From: Mytilus edulis | Taxonomy: Eukaryota | DNA: 64,000 nucleotides | Reading direction: 5' to 3' | Assembly (NCBI RefSeq): GCF_963676685.1 | Contig: NC_092344.1 | Location: 72,416,001-72,480,000, forward strand | In this document: piece by piece, positions 47,062-60,500 of the stretch | Layout of the letters: the number at the start of each line of letters is the position of its first letter | Position numbering within the stretch: position 1 is the stretch's first letter | Made by a program: the position numbers and the translations under genes | Notes under the pieces: generated by a model | Told to the model about the DNA's origin: nothing | The model's database searches: none | The model's input: only the letters and a program-made list of their open reading frames with translations

Positions 47062-48409
47062 TTAACTTAAACAGTTTTTTTTTGGTGTATTAACAAAATC
47101 TGCAATTTCTATTTCGGATAGTGAATCTGCATCGACATTGAAGGAGAATTGGTGTTGGCGGAAATTGGTTTTTGCAGTTCTCTTCTTTTTGCAGATGCAA
47201 AATAACATCAGCGACAAGAGCATAACACATGCTAGAGATGCTGTAAAGATAAATTTGAATATGTCACTTACTTTAAAAATTATAAAATATATTGATATAT
47301 ATAAATAGATTAGACCATTGGTTTTTCTGTTTGAATTGTCTTTATAGCTTACTGTTTGGTGTGAGCTTTTGCTCTGTGTTGAAGGTCATACTTTGATCTA
47401 TAATACATTGGCACTCATACCGCATCTTTTTCTTATTTATAAATAAGTGTTTTTATTAGAACATGTATATATTTTTATTTTATTTATTTATTTTATTTTT
47501 ATATTGTTTGTCAATCAAATAAATAAATTAAATTTAGATACTTACCAAAAATCATTATAAGAATGATCTTAATATTATCTAGACCCTTGTCTTCCTCCTG
47601 TGCATGTGGTGTTGACTTCTGAAATAAAGAAATAAAATCATGTATTTCATGAAAATGTTGATATTAAAAAATCTTATCCTTCACATTTTAATTTGTTTTT
47701 AAGCACTATACTATAGAGAATACAAATTGACTCGTTCATGTACATGTATTTCCTAATAAAAATAGAAAACAAAACGGACGTTTTAATTAAAAAAATATCA
47801 GATAAATGCTTACCAGTTGTTTATCAGTGGTGCCGATTGACAATGTGGATCCTGGTGTTACTCTTGTTGCTGCTGTTGTTGTTGTAGAAGCTATGACTCC
47901 ATTCTGTAAAAAAAAAATATACATAATGTAAGAAATGTTTTACACAATAAAATTAATAAATAATATATAAGATCTGCTCATAGTTTAGGTTGTTTCTAGT
48001 CACTTTACATATAGAGACAATACTACGTGATTACTTTAAAGCTCTTATTATTCTGTTATTCTTTTCTAATTTCCTATATACTTACATCACAATGTATACC
48101 ATTAACAATTGTTATTGTTTCTGGTGCTGCTAAAACATTGCTGCATTTAGAATTTCCTTGTTTGATCTCAATTGAATGCAGGTCTCTATTATTTGCAAGG
48201 TCCAATTGTCCGGCAACAAAAAATCTTTCGAATACGACTTTCTTTACATCTAGTCGGATTCTGGTGTTGTAGAGCCCTGCTCCAGTCCATCTGCAATGGA
48301 GAGTATCCCCCTCCACTGTGCATACATCTCTCAATTCATGCGAGCATGAAACAGCTGACATTGTGAAACAAATGATGATGAATATAAACATGGTGTTGAT
48401 GGGTGACAT
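47062..48409 (-). CDS. Spliced 4-exon type I membrane protein; exons 48409-48086, 47903-47814, 47618-47546, 47240-47062; about 221 aa
   Basis: Signal peptide, Cys-containing ectodomain, Thr-rich stalk, TM IILIMIFASLACVMLLSLMLFCIC and KKKR stop-transfer. All three donors are GTAAG with ...CAG acceptors; phases 0, 0, 1 are consistent. Confidence 0.8.
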
Positions 48410-48992
48410 TTTGCAAATATTTTGAGGAATTAAATACCCGGATGAGAAATAAAAACAATAGTCTAATTAGGGAATAAATTAGGGGTAATTAATTCCGTGA
48501 TATATGGTTGGGATAAGAGTGGTAGATGGATAAGGTTTAATTAATGTTTGAGTATGGATTGTTTTAATAAATAATAATAATAGTTTTTACAATATATGCT
48601 AGGGTTAGGGTTAATTAATATATTTTCAATTCTTATTCATTTTTGTTACAAATGAAACTTAAAAGTTTTATAAAATTTCTTCTCTCAACGCGAAGTCATT
48701 TAATCTTCTATTTTTTCAGTTTTACTTTTAACTTCTTTATCCAAAATATTAACAATTTAAATTGTCTATATGTTAAATGCGATGGAAAATAAATCAAAAC
48801 ATTCTTTTATAAGTGAAAAAACAAAATTTTCATTTAATATTATACAACAGTTATATTATGTAATTTTCTTGACGTCTGCAAAATGCAACGTGTGAAAAAA
48901 ATCAAAACAGTCTTTTATATTTCTACAAATTTTAAAATCCAATATTTTGATATTATTCAACAAATATATTATACAATTTTGCTAGCGGGAAC

Positions 48993-49047
48993 AAATTTTT
49001 GTCAACGTGGCAAAAATATTTGCTGCTGCCACACAATATATACTACT
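48993..49047 (-). repeat. Right terminal inverted repeat (perfect core; degenerate similarity continues to about 48560)
   Basis: Exact reverse complement of 31105-31159. Confidence 0.97.
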
Positions 49048-52000
49048 TGCATACTAAGGTAAAGAAAAGCAAAAAAGCGACTCAAAGAACTAAATAGAAA
49101 AAGACGAAATGATCTGATTTTCTGTACCTCAATTTTTTTTAACTGAAAAAAAAAAAAAAAAATGTCTTCACTGGGAACTCTCGAGCTGAAACCTACACTC
49201 TTCAGGTTAGCAGGGACAATACTCTGTCTTTAATTTTGTCATTTTTGCGCATTGGATCGTTAAAGACCCTGTCAGTGGTTCAAAATATTGCTTATCAAAG
49301 ACATGTCTACTAAGTTAACGAATGCTGCATTCGAATAGGGACAGCTCTATTCATTCTCAAAAATTTTGCAATCTTTTGACATAGAAAACACCCTTTTCTA
49401 TTTAAAATAGATATTCTACATTATAAGGTGTCGACTTTAAGTTAGGAATGGAACTTGAATAACTTTGAAAAGTTTAATTTGTTATAATAAAACTTAAACA
49501 AAAGGTTGCCACATATGTGATATGATGGACACACCAACCTTTAATGACAGTACCCTTTTATGTTCCCTTATCTTTGGAAATCTTCAAAATCTTAAATATC
49601 TTCTTTTTAATTATTGGTTTCCCCTTAAACATCGGACATTAATTTTGAATAGTTCTGCTTTAAAATTCATCTAGTAATCTTTCTATTATTTAAAATTATT
49701 AAAGGTTAAGCTTTTTCATGTCCAGCAGCACATATTACAGTGTTATCCGGATTCATCGTTATACGATGCGGGAAAAAATGCTATTGTCAAGTTCAATTTC
49801 AAATAAATAGATTCGTGTTTGAACAAAACTTTGATCTGATGTACAATGATTGGTGTATTCATTGTTGGTCTTTAATGCCACTTTTAGCATTATTTGCTAT
49901 TTCATGGCGCCCAGCTGTTTTTGAGTGTAGAAAGCTGAGACGCCCGGAGAGAACCACTGACCTTCGGCAGGGAAACTGTCAATCCTAGTCACTTCAGATT
50001 GGAGTCGAACCAAGCTACCACGTGTAGGGTTCGAACTCTGAAATAAGCAGTGAAGTAGTAATTTTTACTAACGAAAGAAACTTGTTTCTCACTTTATCCA
50101 GTTTTCGTTTGATATATAGTTTTGTTTTCTATTATTCAAGTTGAAGAAACCAAGACGTTTTAAAAAACGATTTGAAGAAAACAAGGTAGCCGAGTGCATA
50201 GTTCTTTCAAACATATTATTTTATCGCTAGAAGGCTGTGTCGTCAGTAACAGATAGAAAACTCAGGTTAAGAATTTATAGAGCAGACAAGGGGCAGTGGC
50301 AAATATTTCATGTATATTATGAACACAGAGAAGATTACCCCGGCACCCTTTGCCAAAAAAAAAAATCTTTTTCATCCATGTGCCTTTGGACTTTATGTTT
50401 TGAATTGTAGTTTCACTTTCCATATTCGGTATTCATTCTAATGTAAGCTCCACGTGGCAAAAATCACGTGATGCAGGAATATTGTATCTTGGAGTTAGGC
50501 TATTTCTTTCTTTTCGGGCGGGGACTCCAGGCAGACAACATGCATGTTTTATAACGCAACTGTATATTTTCTTATTAAATGAAGAAAGTTGCCGGTCCAG
50601 TACAAGGATAGATCGGTTAGAAAGCAAGGTTTTAATTTTAATTAGATTGGAAAGCTTAATTTGAGAGTTAAAATCGGAGAGGACGAAAAAAAGGGGGGGG
50701 GGTGGGAGCGGGTTCTTCCACAGGGAATATTTTTATCTTAGGAACTCTACATTAAAAAGTTTTTTTTAATTATTTATTTAAAAAAAAAGAAAGGGAAAAA
50801 CAATTGTAAGGCAAATTGTGAAGGTTATTTCTTCCTTTCTCCCGTGGGGCTATCTCGCATATATCTGGTTTACCGTCAAACCGAGCGCATGGATGTCTTT
50901 TGGTTGTTTCTGTCACTAGGTGGCTGTATCATTGACGTCTATCCCATATTTTCATATTGAAGCACAATGCACACGTAAATATTGTTTTAGAACATGAATT
51001 TAAAGTTTCATGTCATGCATACTAAGGTAAAGAAAAGCAAAAAAGCGACTCAAAGAACTAAATAGAAAAAGACGAAATGATCTGATTTTTTGTACCTCAA
51101 TTTTTTTTAACTGAAAAAAAAAAAAAAAAAATGTCTTCACTGGGAACTCTCGAGCTGAAACCTACACTCTTCAGGTTAGCAGGGACAATACTCTGTCTTT
51201 AATTTTGTCATTTTTGCGCATTGGATCGTTAAAGACCCTGTCAGTGGTTCAAAATATTGCTTATCAAAGACATGTCTACTAAGTTAACGAATGCTGCATT
51301 CGAATAGGGACAGCTCTATTCATTCTCAAAAATTTTGCAATCTTTTGACATAGAAAACACCCTTTTCTATTTAAAATAGATATTCTACATTATAAGGGGT
51401 CGACTTTAAGTTAGGAATGGAACTTGAATAACTTTGAAAAGTTTAATTTGTTATAATAAAACTTAAACAAAAGGTTGCCACATATGTGATATGAATGACA
51501 CACCAACCTTTAATGACAGTACCCTTTTATGTTCCCTTATCTTTGGAAATCTTAAAAATCTTAAATATCTTCTTTTTAATTATTGGTTTCCCCTTAAACA
51601 TCGGACATTAATTTTGAATAGTTCTGCTTTAAAATTCATCTAGTAATCTTTCTATTATTTAAAATTATTAAAGGTTAAGCTTTTTCATGTCCAGCAGCAC
51701 ATATTACAGTGTTATCCGGATTCATCGTTATACGATGCGGGAAAAAATGCTATTGTCAAGTTCAATTTCAAATAAATAGATTCGTGTTTGAACAAAACTT
51801 TGATCTGATGTACAATGATTGGTGTATTCATTGTTGGTCTTTAATGCCACTTTTAGCATTATTTGCTATTTCATGGCGCCCAGCTGTTTTTGAGTGTAGA
51901 AAGCTGAGACGCCCGGAGAGAACCACTGACCTTCGGCAGGGAAACTGTCAATCCTAGTCACTTCAGATTGGAGTCGAACCAAGCTACCACGTGTAGGGTT

Positions 52001-52801
52001 CGAACTCTGAAATAAGCAGTGAAGTAGTAATTTTTACTAACGAAAGAAACTTGTTTCTCACTTTATCCAGTTTTCGTTTGATATATAGTTTTGTTTTCTA
52101 TTATTCAAGTTGAAGAAACCAAGACGTTTTAAAAACGATTTGAAGAAAACAAGGTAGCCGAGTGCATAGTTCTTTCAAACATATTATTTTATCGCTAGAA
52201 GGCTGTGTCGTCAGTAACAGATAGAAAACTCAGGGTAAGAATTTATAGAGCAGACAAGGGGCAGTGGCAAATATTTCATGTATATTATGAACACAGAGAA
52301 GATTACCCCGGCACCCTTTGCCAAAAAAAAAATCTTTTTCATCCATGTGCCTTTGGACTTTATGTTTTGAATTGTAGTTTCACTTTCCATATTCGGTATT
52401 CATTCTAATGTAAGCTCCACGTGGCAAAAATCACGTGATGCAGGAATATTGTATCTTGGAGTTAGGCTATTTCTTTCTTTTCGGGCGGGGACTCCAGGCA
52501 GACAACATGCATGTTTTATAACGCAACTGTATATTTTCTTATTAAATGAAGAAAGTTGCCGGTCCAGTACAAGGATAGATCGGTTAGAAAGCAAGGTTTT
52601 AATTTTAATTAGATTGGAAAGCTTAATTTGAGAGTTAAAATCGGAGAGGACGAAAAAAAGGGGGGGGGAGCGGGTTCTTCCACAGGGAATATTTTTATCT
52701 TAGGAACTCTACATTAAAAAGTTTTTTAAAATTATTTATTTAAAAAAAAAGAAAGGGAAAAACAATTGTAAGGCAAATTGTGAAGGTTCTTTCTTCCTTT
52801 C

Positions 52802-54099
52802 CAAGGCCGTAGCGCATGTCTTTTTAAAGTGAGGCATTTCGCCGAGCGGAACGAGGCGAAAAATTTTTGGGCCCTTTTTTTTAGGGGGGTTCGGATGCAT
52901 GAAACGGAAGAAGCTTATTTCAGCATTAATATCTATAATAAAAAAAAAAATATAACAGAAATGCGTTTTTTTTATTAGCTAGCCTAGTAAGTAAGAAAAC
53001 GAGTTTCAATATTAAAGTTAATCTCTGTTGGTAAACCAAAACTTTCCGATTCTCCTGTAACCCGTACTATTAAAAAGCTTCAACACACGTTCTGATGTAT
53101 ATATATATATATATTTATCTCCAACAGCAAGTTATAAGCTTCTAAAAGACCAGAACATATTATAAGCATCAATTAAGATACATTTATTATACATAATCAT
53201 TAACCATAAGAATATGTACAGAGAAGACTAGACCAACATTGTTACTTAACCAGATGTTTGACGTTCTAATGTCACAAGTTATCTGTAAACATGTAAACAT
53301 TCCGCTGGAAGACATGTCCACCTATTTGGACACATTATTCTACCAATTTTTAAGTCATTGGTCTAACCCACCGTTCGGGGTTCGAACCCACGGCCTACCA
53401 CAATAGAATCAATGGAACACGCTAGCATACAACCAAACAATGCTAATAATAATAATAATAAAAAAAATATATTTTCAAACAATACCAAAAATATAGTTCA
53501 TACTTTTATCAAGGATTTGTATAGAAATACAAATCCTTGCTTTTATTAAAGATAAATAAAAATCATGAATTGCTTTATACGTTAAAGACTTCCATATAAA
53601 AGGCGCTTCATGATTTTGTTTAAATCAATTATAAATAATCCTTATATTTTTTGGTCAATGAATTATTTTATCGATTTGCATTTGCGGCATGTTTGTTTTT
53701 CAGTGTGTAAACATTGGTAGATTCAAAAATAAACCAAGAAAGTTATAAGCCAGCATACTTATTGGGGGTGTTTCAACTTTTTTTTCTCTTAAAGAACCCG
53801 TCTTCAACCAGTTTTGTAACGACATAAATAAGATTTGTTTCAATTTTTGTATTTTGATTTGTAATCGGGACACTTATTTTGTTTTACCGTCACCGCTATG
53901 GTAAAATAATTATATTCAAAATAGCTGCTGCAGATTGGAAACACTGTATGTAGTGTGCCGGTAGATAGTTTGAAACTCGAAACTCGCATATTGATAATGT
54001 AAAATACATGAAATTAAAAAAAATGACACTTCTAAAGTTTGATCGTCGTTTCAAAAGTGAGGCATTTGCCTCATTTGCCTCCATTACGCTACGGCCCTG
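52802..54099. mobile_element. 1298 bp non-autonomous DNA transposon in satellite unit 5, 5 bp TSD CTTTC
   Basis: TIR CAAGGCCGTAGCG / CGCTACGGCCCTG (12 of 13 match). CTTTC is duplicated relative to the empty sites in other units. Confidence 0.9.
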
Positions 54100-56907
54100 C
54101 TTTCTCCCGTGGGGCTATCTCGCATATATCTGGTTTATCGTCAAACCGAGCGCATGCATGTCTTTTGGTTGTTTCTGTCACTAGGTGGCTGTATCATTGA
54201 CGTCTATCCCATATTTTCATATTGAAGCACAATGCACACGTAAATATTGTTTTAGAACATGAATTTAAAGTTTCATGTCATGCATACTAAGGTAAAGAAA
54301 AGCAAAAAAGCGACTCAAAGAACTAAATAGAAAAAGACGAAATGATCTGATTTTCTGTACCTCAATTTTTTTTAACTGAAAAAAAAAAAAAAAAAATGTC
54401 TTCACTGGGAACTCTCGAGCTGAAACCTACACTCTTCAGGTTAGCAGGGACAATACTCTGTCTTTAATTTTGTCATTTTTGCGCATTGGATCGTTAAAGA
54501 CCCTGTCAGTGGTTCAAAATATTGCTTATCAAAGACATGTCTACTAAGTTAACGAATGCTGCATTCGAATAGGGACAGCTCTATTCATTCTCAAAAATTT
54601 TGCAATCTTTTGACATAGAAAACACCCTTTTCTATTTAAAATAGATATTCTACATTATAAGGTGTCGACTTTAAGTTAGGAATGGAACTTGAATAACTTT
54701 GAAAAGTTTAATTTGTTATAATAAAACTTAAACAAAAGGTTGCCACATATGTGATATGAATGACACACCAACCTTTAATGACAGTACCCTTTTATGTTCC
54801 CTTATCTTTGGAAATCTTAAAAATCTTAAATATCTTCTTTTTAATTATTGGTTTCCCCTTAAACATCGGACATTAATTTTGAATAGTTCTGCTTTAAAAT
54901 TCATCTAGTAATCTTTCTATTATTTAAAATTATTAAAGGTTAAGCTTTTTCATGTCCAGCAGCACATATTACAGTGTTATCCGGATTCATCGTTATACGA
55001 TGCGGGAAAAAATGCTATTGTCAAGTTCAATTTCAAATAAATAGATTCGTGTTTGAACAAAACTTTGATCTGATGTACAATGATTGGTGTATTCATTGTT
55101 GGTCTTTAATGCCACTTTTAGCATTATTTGCTATTTCATGGCGCCCAGCTGTTTTTGAGTGTAGAAAGCTGAGACGCCCGGAGAGAACCACTGACCTTCG
55201 GCAGGGAAACTGTCAATCCTAGTCACTTCAGATTGGAGTCGAACCAAGCTACCACGTGTAGGGTTCGAACTCTGAAATAAGCAGTGAAGTAGTAATTTTT
55301 ACTAACGAAAGAAACTTGTTTCTCACTTTATCCAGTTTTCGTTTGATATATAGTTTTGTTTTCTATTATTCAAGTTGAAGAAACCAAGACGTTTTAAAAA
55401 CGATTTGAAGAAAACAAGGTAGCCGAGTGCATAGTTCTTTCAAACATATTATTTTATCGCTAGAAGGCTGTGTCGTCAGTAACAGATAGAAAACTCAGGG
55501 TAAGAATTTATAGAGCAGACAAGGGGCAGTGGCAAATATTTCATGTATATTATGAACACAGAGAAGATTACCCCGGCACCCTTTGCCAAAAAAAAAAATC
55601 TTTTTCATCCATGTGCCTTTGGACTTTATGTTTTGAATTGTAGTTTCACTTTCCATATTCGGTATTCATTCTAATGTAAGCTCCACGTGGCAAAAATCAC
55701 GTGATGCAGGAATATTGTATCTTGGAGTTAGGCTATTTCTTTCTTTTCGGGCGGGGACTCCAGGCAGACAACATGCATGTTTTATAACGCAACTGTATAT
55801 TTTCTTATTAAATGAAGAAAGTTGCCGGTCCAGTACAAGGATAGATCGGTTAGAAAGCAAGGTTTTAATTTTAATTAGATTGGAAAGCTTAATTTGAGAG
55901 TTAAAATCGGAGAGGACGAAAAAAAAGGGGGGGGGGAGCGGGTTCTTCCACAGGGAATATTTTTATCTTAGGAACTCTACATTAAAAAGTTTTTTTAAAT
56001 TATTTATTTAAAAAAAAAAGAAAGGGAAAAACAATTGTAAGGCAAATTGTGAAGGTTCTTTCTTCCTTTCTCCCGTGGGGCTATCTCGCACATATCTGGT
56101 TTATCGTCAAACCGAGCGCATGCATGTCTTTTGGTTGTTTCTGTCACTAGGTGGCTGTATCATTGACGTCTATCCCATATTTTCATATTGAAGCACAATG
56201 CACACGTAAATATTGTTTTAGAACATGAATTTAAAGTTTCATGTCATGCATACTAAGGTAAAGAAAAGCAAAAAAGCGACTCAAAGAACTAAATAGAAAA
56301 AGACGAAATGATCTGATTTTCTGTACCTCAATTTTTTTTAACTGAAAAAAAAAAAAAAAAATGTCTTCACTGGGAACTCTCGAGCTGAAACCTACACTCT
56401 TCAGGTTAGCAGGGACAATACTCTGTCTTTAATTTTGTCATTTTTGCGCATTGGATCGTTAAAGACCCTGTCAGTGGTTCAAAATATTGCTTATCAAAGA
56501 CATGTCTACTAAGTTAACGAATGCTGCATTCGAATAGGGACAGCTCTATTCATTCTCAAAAATTTTGCAATCTTTTGACATAGAAAACACCCTTTTCTAT
56601 TTAAAGTAGATATTCTACATTATAAGGTGTCGACTTTAAGTTAGGAATGGAACCTGAATAACTTTGAAAAGTTTAATTTGTTATAATAAAACTTAAACAA
56701 AAGGTTGCCACATATGTGATATGATGGACACACCAACCTTTAATGACAGTACCCTTTTATGTTCCCTTATCTTTGGAAATCTTAAAAATCTTAAATATCT
56801 TCTTTTTAATTATTGGTTTCCCCTTAAACATCGGACATTAATTTTGAATAGTTCTGCTTTAAAATTCATCTAGTAATCTTTCTATTATTTAAAATTATTA
56901 AAGGTTA

Positions 56908-57570
56908 GGTAGCACTCCACAGTTAGAAAATAAAATTAAAAATGAGCCACAAAATGTTTTATCATCTCCTATTCCTGGATTTCTAATACATTAACCTAAC
57001 TGTTTGTGTTGTACATGTGCATAGGTATGTAATCAGTATATTCCATAGATTTAATTTTCAAAAGTTAAAAGAGTGAAAATTAATTCCTTTTATGTGTATC
57101 CATGGCAACATTCTGCATTTATTTACCATAAAATATTGTAAAAAGGGGGGTGGACATGTCACATATCCCCCCAAAATTTGGATCAAACTAGAATTTCAAT
57201 GCCTTTGAGTGATACCTTTTTAGAAACTGTTTTCATTAATCTTCCTAATGATCAAATAAAAAATGGGTGTCTTTCGCCTCATTTTTTCGTAAAATCCAAT
57301 CACAAAGTTCGTGCGATAAAAAGTTGGAAAAAAACATTACAATAATTGCCGGACCAATGTATGGTAGGGACATGCAAATACGGACTGTCATACAGAAAAC
57401 AGCCTATATTACATACATTACATAATCTTGATGTTCATATAAACCCAATACAAAGGCTATTTTAATACTCAGCTATCCAAAAATGAATTTTATTGCACAC
57501 TAGCTCTCATATTTGAAAAATCCACAGGGGCCAAAATGCGAAACTACACACCTAACTGTGGAGTGCTACC
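56908..57570. mobile_element. 663 bp PIF/Harbinger-type (Tourist-like) MITE in satellite unit 7, TSD TTA
   Basis: Perfect 19 bp TIR GGTAGCACTCCACAGTTAG. TTA is duplicated relative to the empty site AAGGTTAAGC. Confidence 0.88.
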
Positions 57571-60500
57571 TTAAGCTTTTTCATGTCCAGCAGCACATAT
57601 TACAGTGTTATCCGGATTCATCGTTATACGATGCGGGAAATAATGCTATTGTCAAGTTCAATTTCAAATAAATAGATTCGTGTTTGAACAAAACTATGAT
57701 CTGATGTACAATGATTGGTGTATTCATTGTTGGTCTTTAATGCCACTTTTAGCATTATTTGCTATTTCATGGCGCCCAGCTGTTTTTTGAGTGTAGAAAG
57801 CTGAGACGCCCGGAGAGAACCACTGACCTTCGGCAGGGAAAATGTCAATCCTAGTCACTTAAGATTGGAGTCGAACCAAGCTACCACGTGTGGGGTTCGA
57901 ACTCTTGAATAAGCAGTGAAGTAGTAATTTTTACTAACGAAAAAAACTTGTTTCTCACTTTATCCAGTTTTCGTTTGATATATAGTTTTGTTTTCTATTA
58001 TTCAAATTGAAGAAACCAAGACGTTTTAAAAACGATTTGAAGAAAACAAGGTAGCCGAGTGCATAGTTCTTTCAAACATATTATTTTATCGCTAGAAGGC
58101 TGTGTCGTCAGTAACAGATAGAAAACTCGGGGTAAGAATTTATAGAGCAGACAAGGGGCAGTGGCAAATATTTCATGTATATTATGAACAAAGAGAAGAT
58201 TACCCCGGCACCCTTTGCCAAAAAAAAAATCTTTTTCATCCATGTGCCTTTGGACTTTATGTTTTGAATGTAGTTTCACTTTCCATATTCGGTATTCATT
58301 CTAATGTAAGCTCCACGTGGCAAAAATCACGTGATGCAGGAATATTGTATCTTGGAGTAAGGCTATTTCTTTCTTTTCGGGCGGGGACTCCAGGCAGACA
58401 ACATGCATGTTTTATAACGCAACTGTATATTTTCTTATTAAATGAAGAAAGTTGCCGGTCCAGTACAAGGATAGATCGGTTAGAAAGCAAGGTTTTAATT
58501 TTAATTAGATTGGAAAGCTTAATTTGAGAGTTAAAATCGGAGAGGACGAAAAAAAGGGGGGGGGGGGGGCGGGTTCTTCCACAGGGAATATTTTTATCTT
58601 AGGAACTCTACTTTAGAAAGTTTTTTTTAATTATTTGTTTAAAAAAAAAAGAAAGGGAAAAACAATTGTAAGGCAAATTGTGAAGGTTCTTTCTTCCTTT
58701 CTCCCGTGGGGCTATCTCGCATATATCTGGTTTACCGTCAAACCGAGCGCATGCATATCTTTTGGTTGTTTCTGTCACTAGGTGGCTGTATCATTGACGT
58801 TTATCCCATATTTTCATATTGAAGCACAATGCACACGTAAATATTGTTTTAGAACATGAATTTAAAGTTTCATGTCATGCATACTAAGGTAAAGAAAAGC
58901 AAAAAAGCGACTCAAAGAACTAAATAGAAAAAGACGAAATGATCTGATTTTCTGTACCTCAATTTTTTTTAACTGAAAAAAAAAAATGTCTTCACTGGGA
59001 ACTCTCGAGCTGAAACCTACACTCTTCAGGTTAGCATGGACAATACTCTGTCTTTAATTTTGTCATTTTTGCGCATTGGATCGTTAAAGACCCTGTCAGT
59101 GGTTCAAAATATTGCTTATCAAAGACATGTCTTCTAAGTTAACGAATGCTGCATTCGAATAGGGACAGCTCTATTCATTCTCAAAAATTTTGCAATCTTT
59201 TGACATAGAAAACACCCTTTTCTATTTAAAATAGATATTCTACATTATAAGGTGTCGTCTTTAAGTTAGGAATGAAACTTGATTAACTTTGAAAAGTTTA
59301 ATTTGCTATAAAACTTAAACAAAAGGTTGCCACATATGTAATATGATGGACACACCAACCTTTAATGACAGCACCCTTTTATGTTCCCTTATCCTTGGAA
59401 ATCTTAAATATCTTCTTATTAATTATTGGTTTCCCATTAAACATCGGACATTAATTTTAAATAGTTCTGCTTTAAAATTCATCTAGTAATCTTTCTATTA
59501 TTTAAAATTATTAAAGGTTAAGCTTTTTCATGTCCAGCAGCACATATTACAGTGTTATCCGGATTCATCGTTATACGATGCGGGAAATAATGCTATTGTC
59601 AAGTTCAATTTCAAATAAATAGATTCGTGTTTGAACAAAACTATGATCTGATGTACAATGATTGGTGTATTCATTGTTGGTCTTTAATGCCACTTTTATC
59701 ATTATGTGCTATTTGATGGCGCCCAGCTGTTTTTTGAGTGTAGAAAGCTGAGTCGCCCGGAGAGAACCACTGACCTTCGGCAGGGAAACTGTCAATCCTA
59801 GTCACTTAAGATTGGAGTCGAACCAAGCTACCACGTGTGGGGTTCGAACTCTTGAATAAGCAGTGAAGTAGTAATTTTTACTAACGAAAAAAACTTGTTT
59901 CTCACTTTATCCAGTTTTCGTTTGATATATAGTTTTGTTTTCTATTATTCAAATTGAAGAAACCAAGACGTTTTAAAAACGATTTGAAGAAAACAAGGTA
60001 GCCGAGTGCATAGTTCTTTCAAACATATTATTTTATCGCTAGAAGGCTGTGTCGTCAGTAACAGATAGAAAACTCAGGGTGAGAATTTATAGAGCAGACA
60101 AGGGGCAGTGGCAAATATTTCATGTATATTATGAACAAAGAGAAGATTACCCCGGCACCCTTTGCCAAAAAAAAAATCTTTTTCATCCATGTGCCTTTGG
60201 ACTTTATGTTTTGAATTGTAGTTTCACTTTCCATATTCGGTAGTCATTCTAATGTAAGCTCCACGTGGCAAAAATCACGTGATGCAGGAATATTGTATCT
60301 TGGAGTTAGGCTATTTCTTTCTTTTCGGGCGGGGACTCCAGGCAGACAACATGCATGTTTTATAACGCAACTGTATATTTTCTTATTAAATGAAGAAAGT
60401 TGCCGGTCCAGTACAAGGATAGATCGGTTAGAAAGCAAGGTTTTAATTTTAATTAGATTGGAAAGCTTAATTTGAGAGTTAAAATCGGAGAGGACGAAAA

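Larger units (their letters stand above)
31105..49047 (+). mobile_element. Full-length Polinton/Maverick (adintovirus-like endogenous dsDNA virus), 17,943 bp
   Basis: 5'-AGTAGT...ACTACT-3' ends, 55 bp perfect TIR, and a 6 bp TSD TGCATA (31099-31104 and 49048-49053) confirmed by empty sites in neighbouring satellite units. Encodes INT, penton, MCP, PRO, ATPase and pPolB. Confidence 0.98.

Noticed and set aside
56905-57573. TTAA-specific (piggyBac/Kolobok) assignment for the unit-7 MITE
   Set aside because: Comparison with the empty site shows only TTA is duplicated.
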